NCBI GenBank assembly: GCA_964540915.1
Contig: CAZIOY010000003.1
Span: 38,440 to 102,439 of the forward strand
Origin: an uncultured Ohtaekwangia sp.
GTDB lineage: Bacteria > Bacteroidota > Bacteroidia > Cytophagales > Cyclobacteriaceae
DNA: 64,000 bases
Direction: 5' to 3'
The notes under the pieces were generated by a model, which was not told the origin of the DNA, searched no databases, and was given only the letters and a program-made list of their open reading frames with translations. Positions within the stretch are counted from its first letter, which is position 1; every line of letters begins with the position of its first letter. Positions 1 to 11,485 of the stretch are shown one piece after another. The translations under genes were made by a program, and so were the position numbers.

Positions 1-533
1 TCAATCAATCCCGTTTTCAAAGTGTTCAATACATTGTCCGGCTCCCAGCGGTTCACGCTGATACCAATGTGTTTTACTTTTCCATCGGCTTTTAATTTTT
101 CAATCGCTCTTTTCCAATCATCATGATGTGCCCAGCTATCTTCCCACACGTGAAATTGTTGTAAATCAATGCGCTCTACATTCAGGTTCTTCAGACTTTT
201 TTCGGTGTACTCTATAATGTGAGATGCAGGGAAACAATCTTCAAGCAGAAAGTTGGCTTTAGAAGGCCATTTGAAATTCTTAGGTGGAATTTTGGTGGCG
301 AAATAAAGTCGTTTGCTGGCATGTCGTTTTATGAGGTTGCCTAAAATCTCTTCGCTTGCTCCGGCTCCATAACCCCACGCGGTGTCGTAAAAGTTACAAC
401 CCAGCTCAACGGATTTTTCAAGTGCGTTTAATACTTCCGTTTGATCGGTTTCTTTCCATCCCGCAAGGCCCCACATGCCATAGCCTATTTCACTCACCCG
501 CCAGTCGGTTCTTCCAAATCTTCTATAATTCAT
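1..533 (-). CDS. aldo/keto reductase family oxidoreductase (partial; C-terminus lies beyond the window start)
   Basis: Minus-strand ATG at 533-531. My translation reads MNYRRFGRTDWRVSEIGYGMWGLAGW...GCNFYDTAWGYGAG...RLYFATKIPPKN...IDLQQFHVW, a typical AKR N-terminal half. The frame stays open to position 1, which is why it is absent from the ORF track. Confidence 0.8.
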   Translation of the reverse strand, partial: MNYRRFGRTDWRVSEIGYGMWGLAGWKETDQTEVLNALEKSVELGCNFYDTAWGYGAGASEEILGNLIKRHASKRLYFATKIPPKNFKWPSKANFLLEDCFPASHIIEYTEKSLKNLNVERIDLQQFHVWEDSWAHHDDWKRAIEKLKADGKVKHIGISVNRWEPDNVLNTLKTGLI

Positions 534-540
534 GTTTTAT

Positions 541-2484
541 TTACTTTTTGTTTAAGAATATGTCAGCTTCTTTTACGCCAAGATTTTTTGCCATTACAAA
601 ATCTTGTTTTGCATTATTCTCTTTGTTTTTTGCAAGATATAATTTAGCCCTTTGAAAATAGGCTTCTCCGTTCTTTACATTTATGCGAATGGCATCATTT
701 AGAACGGACAATGCTTCACTGGATTTATTTTCATGAATAAGAATCTTTGCCTTAACGGTAAGCAGATAGGAATAACTGACAACTTCATGGGTTTGTGGAT
801 TGATTACCAATATAGAATTTTCAATTTCCTTATTTATCAAAGTCCAGTCCTCTTTAACCTCAGCTATTTTTATTTTTACTGCATGGGCTACAGGATACTG
901 GGGGAATCGTCTGATAAAATTATTTGTTTTAGCCTCAGCGTTAAGCGTGTCTCCATCTTTTAAAAGAAACGTGATAATTTCCTCGGGAATAAGAGTTTCA
1001 ATGCGATTTTCTTGACCAGCTTCCAAAAAATCATACGCAGCCGAAAGACGATCTCCCAGTTTTTCATAACAGAGGGCCCTGTACGAAAAAGCTTCCTTAT
1101 CCGTTGAGTCGTTGGTAAGGTAAAGTGTGAAGTCATCTTTCGCTTTTAAAAATTCATCTTTATAAAAGTGTGAAACGCCACGGAATTTATAAGCGATAAA
1201 GGCCATAGGATCAATTCGTAGCATTTCAGTGAAATCATCAATGGCTCCATCCCAGTCCTTAAGTTCAGTACGATATACTCCTCTTTTTTTGTGCGCATCG
1301 AGGATCTTATTATCGATCTTAAGTGCCTTCTCATACATAGGATAGGCTTGTGCATGAAAGCCCATATGTTCAAGCGATAGTGCAGTCAGAAATGGGGTCA
1401 GTGCTGATTCATCGGCAACCCTCGCCTCGTTAAAACTCTCAATGGCATTTTTATACTTGCCATTGAGTAAAAGACAAAATCCTTTTTTTACATAAAAAGC
1501 CGGTTCATCTTCTAATCCATAAATGTTATTTATGGTATAATAACCCGCATATTGAATATCGATTCGCTTATCCATATAGGTTTGGGCTCCTTTGAAACTA
1601 TTTGGGTTTTGTTGCATTTCCCGAATCGCATAATAAAAGTCAGAGAATGCTTTTTCGTATTCTGTTTGTTCGGTTAATAGATATCCCCGGGTAAATCTGA
1701 AATTAATGTTGTCCGGATTAAGTCGGATAAGTGTTGAGAAATCGCTCAGACTTTTTCTAGGATCTTCTTCTATGGAAGATAATCCATGAAACAATAGAGC
1801 CTGATGATGATTAGGATTTATGGATAAAGCTTTTTCAAAATAAGATATCCCGGACTTTAATTTTTTCTCTTGCGTTATCTCTATTAAGCCGATTTTAACG
1901 TGTGAATCTGGAAAGTCAACTTTTATATCGTTGCACTTCTGATAATAGCGTCTGGCTTTTACAAAGTCGCCTGAAACAAAGTATATGTTTCCAAGCTGAT
2001 AATATCCTCTGACATCATCAGGTTGGGCTTTAACAAATTTTTCAAAGTAGTTTTTAGCAGACTCTGATTTTTGCTGCAATACTTCAAGTTTCCCCAGTTC
2101 AAGAAAAACGGCATAGGCATCTTCTTTAATTTTCATTGCTTTTTGAAAGTCCTTTTCGGCATCTTTTAAGTTGCCTAATCTTTTGTTGCATACCCCCCGG
2201 TAATAGTAACTCATCCATAGCCGGGCATCAAGTTGAATAGCATCTGATAAACTGCCGATTGCAGCATTATAATTCTTTTCTTCCAGCAGGTTAATTCCGT
2301 CATTGAGTTGTGCCTGGGCTTTTCCCTCCATGTTCCATTCAAATGACACGGGTTCATGTTCCATAAAATCGTCAAAGAATGGGCTGTTGCCTTCCATTAT
2401 CTGGAAGACATTGAACTGACAGAAGCTTTCAGTGCAAAAGAGTGTTAAGCTTATAACAAGGGATAGTATGAACCTTTTTTTCAT
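541..2484 (-). CDS. tetratricopeptide (TPR) repeat protein, secreted
   Basis: 647-aa ORF with an N-terminal signal-like segment (MKKRFILSLVISLTLFC). Repeated A/Y/F-rich 34-residue TPR-like units run throughout (e.g. AYFQRAKLYL, YYYRGVCNKRLGN). Confidence 0.8.
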   Translation of the reverse strand: MKKRFILSLVISLTLFCTESFCQFNVFQIMEGNSPFFDDFMEHEPVSFEWNMEGKAQAQLNDGINLLEEKNYNAAIGSLSDAIQLDARLWMSYYYRGVCNKRLGNLKDAEKDFQKAMKIKEDAYAVFLELGKLEVLQQKSESAKNYFEKFVKAQPDDVRGYYQLGNIYFVSGDFVKARRYYQKCNDIKVDFPDSHVKIGLIEITQEKKLKSGISYFEKALSINPNHHQALLFHGLSSIEEDPRKSLSDFSTLIRLNPDNINFRFTRGYLLTEQTEYEKAFSDFYYAIREMQQNPNSFKGAQTYMDKRIDIQYAGYYTINNIYGLEDEPAFYVKKGFCLLLNGKYKNAIESFNEARVADESALTPFLTALSLEHMGFHAQAYPMYEKALKIDNKILDAHKKRGVYRTELKDWDGAIDDFTEMLRIDPMAFIAYKFRGVSHFYKDEFLKAKDDFTLYLTNDSTDKEAFSYRALCYEKLGDRLSAAYDFLEAGQENRIETLIPEEIITFLLKDGDTLNAEAKTNNFIRRFPQYPVAHAVKIKIAEVKEDWTLINKEIENSILVINPQTHEVVSYSYLLTVKAKILIHENKSSEALSVLNDAIRINVKNGEAYFQRAKLYLAKNKENNAKQDFVMAKNLGVKEADIFLNKK

Positions 2485-2601
2485 TCAGTTACCTTAAATG
2501 AAAGGTGAATTGTAATCTCAATTTATGGTTAAAAATAGATCAATTCAATGGATTCAGTAAAATGGCATTTTTAAAGCGCGGTGAAACAATAAGCTTTTCC
2601 T

Positions 2602-2609
2602 TACTTTTG
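2602..2609 (+). promoter_or_regulatory. putative Bacteroidetes -7 promoter element (TACTTTTG) for prfC
   Basis: Exact match to TAnnTTTG, 44 nt upstream of the prfC ATG. A GGAG-loop-CTCC type hairpin lies in the presumptive leader (about 2621-2636). Confidence 0.35.
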
Positions 2610-2652
2610 CGGCTTATTAAAGGAGTAAGCTCCTTCTAGATTTAGAACTACA

Positions 2653-4236
2653 ATGACACTCGACCAGGAAATAGCCAAACGCAGAACTTTCGGAATCATC
2701 AGTCACCCGGATGCAGGAAAAACTACGCTCACAGAAAAACTTCTTCTTTTTGGAGGGGCGATTCAAAAAGCGGGCGCTGTGAAATCGTCCAAAATAAAAG
2801 ATCACGCGCGCAGCGATTGGATGGAGATTGAAAAGCAGCGGGGTATTTCGGTGGCTACTTCGGTGATGGGCTTTAATTACAAAGATATTAAGATCAACCT
2901 GCTCGATACGCCTGGTCACCAGGATTTTGCCGAAGATACCTACCGTACCCTCACTGCCGTGGATAGTGTAATCATGGTGATTGATTGTGTAAAGGGTGTA
3001 GAATCGCAGACCGAGAAACTGATGGAAGTTTGCCGTATGCGCAACACCCCGGTTATTTGTTTTATCAATAAGCTGGATCGGGAAGGACAAGATCCCTTTG
3101 AGTTGTTGGATGAGGTAGAAGATAAACTGGACATCAAAGTGCGTCCGCTGAGTTGGCCCATTAGCATGGGTAAGACTTTTAAGGGCGTATATAATTTGTA
3201 CGAGAAAACGTTGCACCTGTTTACATCGAGCAAAATAACAATATCAGAAGGCATTGAAATTTCAGATATCCATAGCGATGCTTTAGATCAATATGTAGGA
3301 GAGAACTACGCCAAGCAATTGCGTGCGGATGTAGAACTCATTGAAGGCGTATACCCCGAGTTTGAAGTAGAGGAATACCTGGCTGGAATAGTAGCTCCTG
3401 TATTTTTTGGTAGTGCAGTGAATAACTTCGGTGTGCAAGAATTACTAGACACGTTCATTCGCATTGCACCGCCACCCATCCCTCGCGAAACTACATTGCG
3501 CGAGATCAAACCTAAGGAAACTAAGTTTTCTGGATTCATCTTTAAGATTCATGCCAACATGGATCCGAAGCATCGCAACCGTATTGCGTTTTTGCGTGTT
3601 TGCTCTGGCAAGTTTGAAAGAGGCACAAATTATTATCATGTACGTCAGGAGAAAGGAATTCGTTTTTCTAATGCTACCGCCTTTATGGCGCAAGACCGTG
3701 AAACCGTAGATGAAGCCTGGCCCGGAGATATTGTGGGTTTGTATGACACCGGCAACTTAAAGATTGGCGATACGCTTACCGATGGAGAAAAATTGATGTA
3801 TACAGGTATTCCAAGTTTCTCTCCGGAAATTTTCAAGGAAGTGATCAACAAGGACGCCATGAAGACCAAGCAACTCGAGAAAGGATTGCTTCAACTGATG
3901 GAAGAAGGCGTGGCCCAGTTATTTACCTATGAGTTAGGAAAAAGGAAAGTGGTGGGCGTGGTTGGAGCACTTCAATTTGAAGTAATTCAATTCCGATTAA
4001 AAAATGAATACAGCGCTTCGGTTGAGTTTGCGCATCAAAATATTTATAAGGCTTGCTGGATCAGCAGCAAAGATCCAAAGAAGTTTCAGGAATTTATTGA
4101 TTCAAAGCAAAGACATATTGCCCGTGATAAAGACGGTAAATTGGTGTTTATGGCGGAGTCCAAAGCGTGGCTGCAAATGGTACAGGATAATTTTACGGAA
4201 ATCAGTTTCCACTTTACATCAGAGTTTAAAGACTAG
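2653..4236 (+). CDS. prfC: peptide chain release factor 3 (translational GTPase)
   Basis: 527 aa. G1 motif [28 protein letters not shown], and RF3-typical length and C-terminal domains. Confidence 0.95.
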   Translation: MTLDQEIAKRRTFGIISHPDAGKTTLTEKLLLFGGAIQKAGAVKSSKIKDHARSDWMEIEKQRGISVATSVMGFNYKDIKINLLDTPGHQDFAEDTYRTLTAVDSVIMVIDCVKGVESQTEKLMEVCRMRNTPVICFINKLDREGQDPFELLDEVEDKLDIKVRPLSWPISMGKTFKGVYNLYEKTLHLFTSSKITISEGIEISDIHSDALDQYVGENYAKQLRADVELIEGVYPEFEVEEYLAGIVAPVFFGSAVNNFGVQELLDTFIRIAPPPIPRETTLREIKPKETKFSGFIFKIHANMDPKHRNRIAFLRVCSGKFERGTNYYHVRQEKGIRFSNATAFMAQDRETVDEAWPGDIVGLYDTGNLKIGDTLTDGEKLMYTGIPSFSPEIFKEVINKDAMKTKQLEKGLLQLMEEGVAQLFTYELGKRKVVGVVGALQFEVIQFRLKNEYSASVEFAHQNIYKACWISSKDPKKFQEFIDSKQRHIARDKDGKLVFMAESKAWLQMVQDNFTEISFHFTSEFKD

Positions 4237-5130
4237 CTATTTCGTGGCAGTCACGCGATCGTAAATCATTTTTGATACGGTGGCCATCGCACTCACTCCG
4301 GCAGCTTCATTTTCAAGATCTTTGGAAAGAAGAATCAACACATATTTTCGTCCATTGGGTAAAAAGACAACGCCTGAGTCATGCTGCACGCCAGTGATTG
4401 AACCAGTCTTATGAGCTACCTTAACTTCCTTTGGAAGATTAGCCGGAATGATGTCATTGAATTGCTGGTTTAACAATATATCCATCATGGCCATACTCGC
4501 CTCTGAACTGATCAGTTCTTCTTTATCAATTTTTTCAAACAACAACATCAGGTCGTAGGCAGTCACCTGATTATTCATGCCGGCTTCAAATGCTTTCGTG
4601 TCTTCCACGCCACGCAAGACCTGAATATCTTTAGCGCCAATGGATCGAAGGGTATTGGTGACATTTTTTGCATCGACCAGTTCGATGATGAGATTGGTGG
4701 CGAGATTGCTGCTGACGATGATCATGTCATACATGAGCGAATATACCGTCCGCTTCTTGCCAATTTCTTTATATAGAAGCGTATCACTATCTACGGAAGG
4801 GCTGATAGAAAAAGTACTGCCATCAAAAATACTTACGAATTCATTTTTTATCAGAATAGAATCCTTGAGCGAAAATTTTCCTTCCGATACCTGCTTATAA
4901 ACCTCTACCATCACCGGAGTTTTCATCGTGCTGGCGGCATGGAACAGTGCATGTTCATTAATTAATATTTCTTCACCCGTGGTCAGATCTTTAAAAGCAA
5001 CGGCAAATACCCCTGGCTGTCTGGCTAACTCTTCCGTGATATGCTTTTTTAACGCATCGGGTGATTGGTTTTTGTTGCAGGATGTAATGGTTATGATAAT
5101 TGCCAAAAAGCCGATCAAGTGTTTTGCCAT
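4237..5130 (-). CDS. class A beta-lactamase-related serine hydrolase, lipoprotein
   Basis: 297 aa. Lipobox-like ITITSC. Active-site triad of motifs: STMK (SxxK), SSN (SxN) and HKTG (KTG). Confidence 0.8.
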   Translation of the reverse strand: MAKHLIGFLAIIITITSCNKNQSPDALKKHITEELARQPGVFAVAFKDLTTGEEILINEHALFHAASTMKTPVMVEVYKQVSEGKFSLKDSILIKNEFVSIFDGSTFSISPSVDSDTLLYKEIGKKRTVYSLMYDMIIVSSNLATNLIIELVDAKNVTNTLRSIGAKDIQVLRGVEDTKAFEAGMNNQVTAYDLMLLFEKIDKEELISSEASMAMMDILLNQQFNDIIPANLPKEVKVAHKTGSITGVQHDSGVVFLPNGRKYVLILLSKDLENEAAGVSAMATVSKMIYDRVTATK

Positions 5131-5174
5131 GGAGCTTTGATTGTTTTATATCCGGTTCTAACTTACAAAGTTTT

Positions 5175-5852
5175 ATGATTAGTCCACTACAGGTTTTATA
5201 CGAAGACAACCACTTGCTGGTTATCAACAAACAGGCCGGTGTGCTGGTACAGGGCGATGCCACCGGTGACGTGCCGTTGGTGGATATGGCGAAAGATTAC
5301 ATTGGCGAAAAATATCAAAAACCGGGTGAAGTCTTTTTAGGTGTCGTGCACCGCCTGGACCGGCCCGTGAGTGGAGTCGTAGTGTTTGCCCGCACATCAA
5401 AAGCGCTGGAGCGGATGAATGCACTATTCAGAGACAGGAAGACTCAGAAAACATATTGGGCATTGGTTACTACCCGGCCCTCCCGGAATGAGGGCACACT
5501 GGTTCATTGGCTGGTAAAAGACGAAAAAAAAAATAAGACAACCGCTTATAGTAAGGAGAACCCGGATGGATCACGATCGGAACTGCACTACAAAGTAATC
5601 GAGAGTAAGCGAGGGTATTATCTGATAGAGGTTAACCCAATCACAGGCAGGCCACATCAAATCAGGGTACAGCTTGCTTCCATGGGATGCCCGATTGTGG
5701 GTGACGTGAAATATGGGTCGGAAATGTCATCACCCGATGGAAGTATTGGGTTACACGCGAGACAACTTTCCTTTATTCATCCGGTTAAAAAAGAGCCGAT
5801 AGTAATTTCAGCCAATTTGCCACAAAATGATTGGTGGAAGCCATTTTCCTGA
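5175..5852 (+). CDS. RluA-family RNA pseudouridine synthase
   Basis: ILYEDNHLLVINKQAGVLVQ and the catalytic HRLDRPVSGVVVFA motif. I prefer the ATG at 5175, because the track start at 5100 overlaps the divergent upstream gene and adds a non-homologous extension. Confidence 0.85.
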   Translation: MISPLQVLYEDNHLLVINKQAGVLVQGDATGDVPLVDMAKDYIGEKYQKPGEVFLGVVHRLDRPVSGVVVFARTSKALERMNALFRDRKTQKTYWALVTTRPSRNEGTLVHWLVKDEKKNKTTAYSKENPDGSRSELHYKVIESKRGYYLIEVNPITGRPHQIRVQLASMGCPIVGDVKYGSEMSSPDGSIGLHARQLSFIHPVKKEPIVISANLPQNDWWKPFS

Positions 5853-5893
5853 ACAAATGCTTTGCTATCTTGAACCGATAATTGGTATTGAAA

Positions 5894-6196
5894 ATGAGTT
5901 GGGTTGATCGACTACAAACGAGGTGGAAGGTAAAGAGCGGATTGCAAGTCGCAATCATACTCATTGTTTTTGCGTGCACCGGATTTACAGTTCTTTTGAT
6001 CAAGCGCCCATTATTTGAGTATTGGTTCCCTTTCGGGGATAAACCAGTGTGGGCAAGTACTCTTTACTGGATCTTGATTTTACCGGTATATAACCTGTTT
6101 TTACTGTTGTATGGATTTGTATTTGGTCAATTCCATTTTTTTTGGGAATTTGAAAAACGTTTCTTCAATCGAATAATTTCTTTTTTTAAAAAATAA
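5894..6196 (+). CDS. small membrane protein (2 predicted TM helices), function unknown
   Basis: ATG at 5894 inside the 5882 ORF. Two hydrophobic stretches (LQVAIILIVFACTGFTVLLI, LYWILILPVYNLFLLLYGFVFG). Confidence 0.55.
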   Translation: MSWVDRLQTRWKVKSGLQVAIILIVFACTGFTVLLIKRPLFEYWFPFGDKPVWASTLYWILILPVYNLFLLLYGFVFGQFHFFWEFEKRFFNRIISFFKK

Positions 6197-6208
6197 ACCA
6201 TCAGCATT

Positions 6209-6724
6209 ATGAAAAAACTACTTTATGTATTCGTTGTCGCTATTGTTGCTTCGGCTTGTTCTGGCCCAAAATATACAGCGAGCTTTAATTACTTCAATAA
6301 GCCTATTAACAATCAAACTTCAACAAAGTCAGTGACCGTTGTTGATGATCAAACAAAAGTGGTTGCACAGCCAGAGCAACTTTTAGCAAGCACCTCATCC
6401 ACCTCACCCGCAGAATTGAAAGCCCCTAAAGAAGAAGTTCGAAAGACCTACATTCAAATGACAAAGACTGAACGCAAGGTATTGCGCACTCATTTACGTA
6501 GTGAGATAAAGACCTATGTTAAAGAGCAAAAGAAGAATTTGGGTATAGAGTCAACCAACGCAACGGGAGCCTGGGATAATGACCTTAAAATGGCTGCAAT
6601 TTTTGGAGTTGTGGGATTAGTATTAACGTCCCTTTGGGGAGCCAGTGAAATCCTGGGTGTTATCGGTGTAGTTGCTGTAATCGTTGCCTTGATATTTTTA
6701 ATTAAGTGGTTGGTTCGACAATAG
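6209..6724 (+). CDS. hypothetical lipoprotein with C-terminal membrane anchor
   Basis: Signal plus lipobox (VAIVASAC), a polar/charged middle, and C-terminal hydrophobic helices (AAIFGVVGLVLTSLWG, VIGVVAVIVALIFLI). Confidence 0.55.
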   Translation: MKKLLYVFVVAIVASACSGPKYTASFNYFNKPINNQTSTKSVTVVDDQTKVVAQPEQLLASTSSTSPAELKAPKEEVRKTYIQMTKTERKVLRTHLRSEIKTYVKEQKKNLGIESTNATGAWDNDLKMAAIFGVVGLVLTSLWGASEILGVIGVVAVIVALIFLIKWLVRQ

Positions 6725-6746
6725 CTTCAAAACACCAAAATATTTA

Positions 6747-6776
6747 AAAGCCTCCTTTCCGGGAGGCTTTTGTTTT
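6747..6776 (+). terminator. rho-independent terminator
   Basis: GCCTCC-loop-GGAGGC stem followed by TTTTGTTTT, 23 nt after the stop at 6724. Confidence 0.6.
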
Positions 6777-6819
6777 ACAAACAGATTATAATTTCATACT
6801 ACTCGCAGTTCCTATAAAC

Positions 6820-6850
6820 AAAAAAACCCAATCCTCAGGATCGGGGTTTT
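6820..6850 (-). terminator. rho-independent terminator of atpDC
   Basis: On the minus strand: AACCCCGATCC-TGA-GGATTGGGTT followed by a T-run, about 20 nt downstream of the atpC stop. Confidence 0.55.
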
Positions 6851-6869
6851 TGTTGATTTAGAAGATTGT

Positions 6870-7115
6870 TTAATCCTTCACACCATCAGCAAGGAGAATG
6901 ACCTTGTTCTTAAGCACTTCTACTACGCCACCGGTGATACGAATTTGTTGAGATGATTCTTTCGATTTATACTCAACCACTCCCTCTTTAAGTAAACTTA
7001 CCAACGGAGCGTGCCCGCTGAGAATTTGAAAAGAACCGTCTTCACCAGGAAATGTAACCACGGTTACTTCTCCTTCGAAAACTTTTTTATCGGGTGTTAT
7101 AATTTCTAATAACAT
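6870..7115 (-). CDS. atpC: F0F1 ATP synthase subunit epsilon
   Basis: 81 aa, MLLEIITPDKKVFEGEV...FQILSGHAPL, immediately downstream of atpD. Confidence 0.9.
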   Translation of the reverse strand: MLLEIITPDKKVFEGEVTVVTFPGEDGSFQILSGHAPLVSLLKEGVVEYKSKESSQQIRITGGVVEVLKNKVILLADGVKD

Positions 7116-7128
7116 GAAGTTTGAAATA

Positions 7129-8691
<1,563 letters not shown>

Positions 8692-8714
8692 TTAATGGCT
8701 TAAAAATCCGACCG

Positions 8715-8722
8715 CAAAAGTA
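8715..8722 (-). promoter_or_regulatory. putative -7 promoter element (TACTTTTG on the minus strand) for atpDC
   Basis: The reverse complement of CAAAAGTA matches TAnnTTTG, upstream of both candidate atpD starts. Confidence 0.4.
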
Positions 8723-8847
8723 GTTTTTTGTGGGGTTAATACAAACTTCACAATCGAGGTTTTACAGAATTGTTGTTTGTAAAATTATTCATATGTAAAT
8801 ATCTGATAATCATCATGTTTATTGCACAATTGGTGCGAATGAATTTT

Positions 8848-10056
8848 TCAGGCGCTCTTCAATTCAATGCGGAAGGTGGTTCCCTGATTTTCTTCGGATG
8901 TTTTTACAAAGATTTTACCCTGGTGATACATTTCGATAATTCTTTTGGCCAAAGCCAACCCCAGACCCCAGCCGCGCTTTTTGGTGGTAAAACCAGGCTT
9001 GAAAACATTTTGAATAATCGTTTTAGGAATGCCCTTGCCGGTGTCTGAAATATCGATAAGTACTTTCCTGTCGCCCCCGCGCAATATTTTGATGGCTATC
9101 GTGCCGGAGTTGCCCATGGCATCAATGGCATTTTTGCATAAATTTTCAAGTACCCACTCAAAGAGAGGAGCATGTACCTGGGCTTGAATGGTTTCAGACA
9201 GTGTGTATACTTCAAAGTTGATTTTTGAAGAAACCCGTGGTCGCAGGTAGCCTACCACATTGTTTACTAATTGATGAATGTTTTCGTCCTTCAACACAGG
9301 GGTTGATCCAATGCTTGAAAAGCGTTCAGTTACTACCGTGAGTTTTTTAATGTCCTTATCAAGCTCTTCTACAATACCCTTGTTTTTTATCTCCGGATCA
9401 TCGCGCAGCACTTCTATCCACGCCATCAAAGAAGAGAGAGGTGTGCCTAATTGATGCGCAGTTTCTTTGGCAAGACCCACCCATACCTGGTTTTGTTCTG
9501 CGGTGCGTGAATAGTTGAAGGCCAGGTAAGAGATGAGGGCAAGGATTGCTATTACAGATAACTGAACATAAGGGAAGGCAATGAGTTGGGTGAGGAGTTT
9601 TGAATTTTTGTAGTACACAAAACCGTAGCTTTCCACCCCGCCATTTTCATTAATGGAGGTCATTTCGATAGGAGCATAAGCCTCTTTCATTTCGTCAACC
9701 TGGTGCTTCAGAAAAGCTTCTTTCTTTTCTTTGGGAAGAGATTCATTCAAATCGATGTTCGCGTATTGGTATTCTTTGTCTTGTGTAATCCAGATCACCG
9801 GAACAGACTTGTTTTTGAAGATGATTTCATTGGTAACAAAATCGATACTTTCTTCCGCGCTCGTGATGTATTCCAATGCCTTGGTGAATAACTCCACTTG
9901 TTGTTTCTCTCTTTCCTTCAGCTGATCAACCAGAAAGTTGGTGTAGAAAATGGATCCTACACTGATGACCACAGACACAACCAAAATGATCCACTTCAAA
10001 TTGGTGTTGTCCTGATAAAAATCCATCGAGGCAGGCAGGGTTCCTTTTTTAGTCAT
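8848..10056 (-). CDS. sensor histidine kinase (two TM helices, HisKA H-box, HATPase_c)
   Basis: H-box ETAHQLGTPLSSL, N-box ENLCKNAIDA, G-boxes DTGKGI and GWGLGL. ATG at 10056. The track start at 10149 is a GTG that overlaps the upstream permease. Confidence 0.85.
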   Translation of the reverse strand: MTKKGTLPASMDFYQDNTNLKWIILVVSVVISVGSIFYTNFLVDQLKEREKQQVELFTKALEYITSAEESIDFVTNEIIFKNKSVPVIWITQDKEYQYANIDLNESLPKEKKEAFLKHQVDEMKEAYAPIEMTSINENGGVESYGFVYYKNSKLLTQLIAFPYVQLSVIAILALISYLAFNYSRTAEQNQVWVGLAKETAHQLGTPLSSLMAWIEVLRDDPEIKNKGIVEELDKDIKKLTVVTERFSSIGSTPVLKDENIHQLVNNVVGYLRPRVSSKINFEVYTLSETIQAQVHAPLFEWVLENLCKNAIDAMGNSGTIAIKILRGGDRKVLIDISDTGKGIPKTIIQNVFKPGFTTKKRGWGLGLALAKRIIEMYHQGKIFVKTSEENQGTTFRIELKSA

Positions 10057-10127
10057 ATCCGCATGGAAATTAAATAAAAAAACCGGATGGTGTATCCGGT
10101 CTTTGCGATGATCGATAACTGCGGCAT

Positions 10128-11459
10128 TTATCCCTTCATCATAAACCACTTGGCTAAAACCTTGTAGCTTACTTTTGTTCCAGTCATTAAGATACCCACA
10201 CGGTAAATTCTTCCGGCTATCCAGGTAGTGAGTAAAAATCCTCCAACTAACAGTAGCATGGAGAGAGCCAGTTCCCAGACGGGCACACCAAATGCGATGC
10301 GGCCTACCATAGCCACGGGTGAAGTAAAAGGAATCACCGAAAGCCAGAAACTTGCTGAGCCGTGAGGATCTCGTAAAATGAACATGAATAAACCTATGTA
10401 GCCAATCAGAAGTGGAAGGGTGACAGGGAATTGAAATTGCTGAGCTTCCTGCTGCGAATCAACGGCCGAACCTACTGCCGCAAAGAGTGCACCATATAAG
10501 AGGTAGCCTCCCAAAAAATAAAACACAAACACAAAAGCGATTTTTCCAAATGGAATTTCACTCAAATTACCCAGCAACTCGCCCACCTTGGAGTTTTGCT
10601 GATCCATGGCTTCTTTCATTTCAGGATTTTTATCCATTTGCTGGGTCATCTGCTCCATCACTTGTTTTTGCGGCATCTTTAATCCGAAGTAGGCAAGTGT
10701 GCCAGATGAAAGCACCGATATTAAAATGATCCAAATGGAAAACTGCAATAAACCCACGGAGGCGATGCCAAGAATTTTACCCAACATGAGTTGAAAGGGC
10801 TTGACAGATGAAACGATAACTTCAACAACTTTCGAGGTCTTCTCGTCAATCACTCCCTGCATGATCTGGATGCCATAGATGAGAACGAACATGTAGATTA
10901 GAATGCCGAGGCCAAAGCCGAGGCCATATAAAATACCTGCGCTACTGGATTTCTCTTCACCGGTTTCCGTTAAATTAAATTGTTTGAGACTAACCTGAGG
11001 TCTTAAACTTTTAATAGTCGCTTCATCTATTTTGTATTCCTGAAGTTTCAAATCATGAATTCTTGTTTCAATGAGTGATTCCAGGTCGCCTACTTTGTCG
11101 ATACTGGGATTTTCTTTTGTGTAGAGTAAAACACCTTCGGGCTTGTTTATATCCAGATCGGGAATGTAAAGCAATGCGAAATCATTGGTTTCATTATAGA
11201 TTTTCTTGGCTTGTTCTAATGTCTGATCAATGGGAACGAATTGGAAGCGCTTTCCATCCTCGAAAGTAAATTTCTTACTTTCATCGAGGACGTGCACAAC
11301 ATCTGCTTTAGCCGATTCAGCATCTTTAATGGCTACATAAGCAAGGCCTCCAATAATAGCCGGGAAAATGAGCGGCACCAGGATGGTAGTAATCAGAAAT
11401 GATTTTTTCTGCACCCTGTTAAGAAATTCGCGTTGGATGATTAACCAGATCTTATTCAT
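10128..11459 (-). CDS. ABC-2 type transporter permease (NatB-like, large extracytoplasmic loop after TM1)
   Basis: 443 aa. One N-terminal TM, a loop of about 150 aa, then 5 C-terminal TM helices. Immediately downstream of an ABC ATPase. Confidence 0.8.
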   Translation of the reverse strand: MNKIWLIIQREFLNRVQKKSFLITTILVPLIFPAIIGGLAYVAIKDAESAKADVVHVLDESKKFTFEDGKRFQFVPIDQTLEQAKKIYNETNDFALLYIPDLDINKPEGVLLYTKENPSIDKVGDLESLIETRIHDLKLQEYKIDEATIKSLRPQVSLKQFNLTETGEEKSSSAGILYGLGFGLGILIYMFVLIYGIQIMQGVIDEKTSKVVEVIVSSVKPFQLMLGKILGIASVGLLQFSIWIILISVLSSGTLAYFGLKMPQKQVMEQMTQQMDKNPEMKEAMDQQNSKVGELLGNLSEIPFGKIAFVFVFYFLGGYLLYGALFAAVGSAVDSQQEAQQFQFPVTLPLLIGYIGLFMFILRDPHGSASFWLSVIPFTSPVAMVGRIAFGVPVWELALSMLLLVGGFLLTTWIAGRIYRVGILMTGTKVSYKVLAKWFMMKG

Positions 11460-11485
11460 AAATACAATGTCTTGTGATGGTCAGG

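Noticed and set aside
2617-3254. Long antisense ORFs inside well-supported genes. Examples: 2617-3216 and 2940-3254 opposite prfC; 13128-13490, 19061-19543, 30467-30916, 16733-17140, 46435-46767, 53590-53913.
   Set aside because: They overlap genes with unmistakable conserved motifs on the other strand. Their translations are low-complexity or compositionally odd (Ser/Arg/Cys-rich). They have no promoter-like context. They are typical shadow ORFs.
5524-5533. Other homopolymers as possible slippage sites: A10 in the RluA gene (5524-5533), T9 in hpt (17147-17155), G7 in kpsF (49663-49669), and A/T8 runs at 60385-60392 and about 63643.
   Set aside because: A/T runs of this length are common in AT-rich coding DNA and encode Lys/Phe stretches in housekeeping genes, where phase variation is implausible. 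G7 is below the length usually associated with high-frequency switching.
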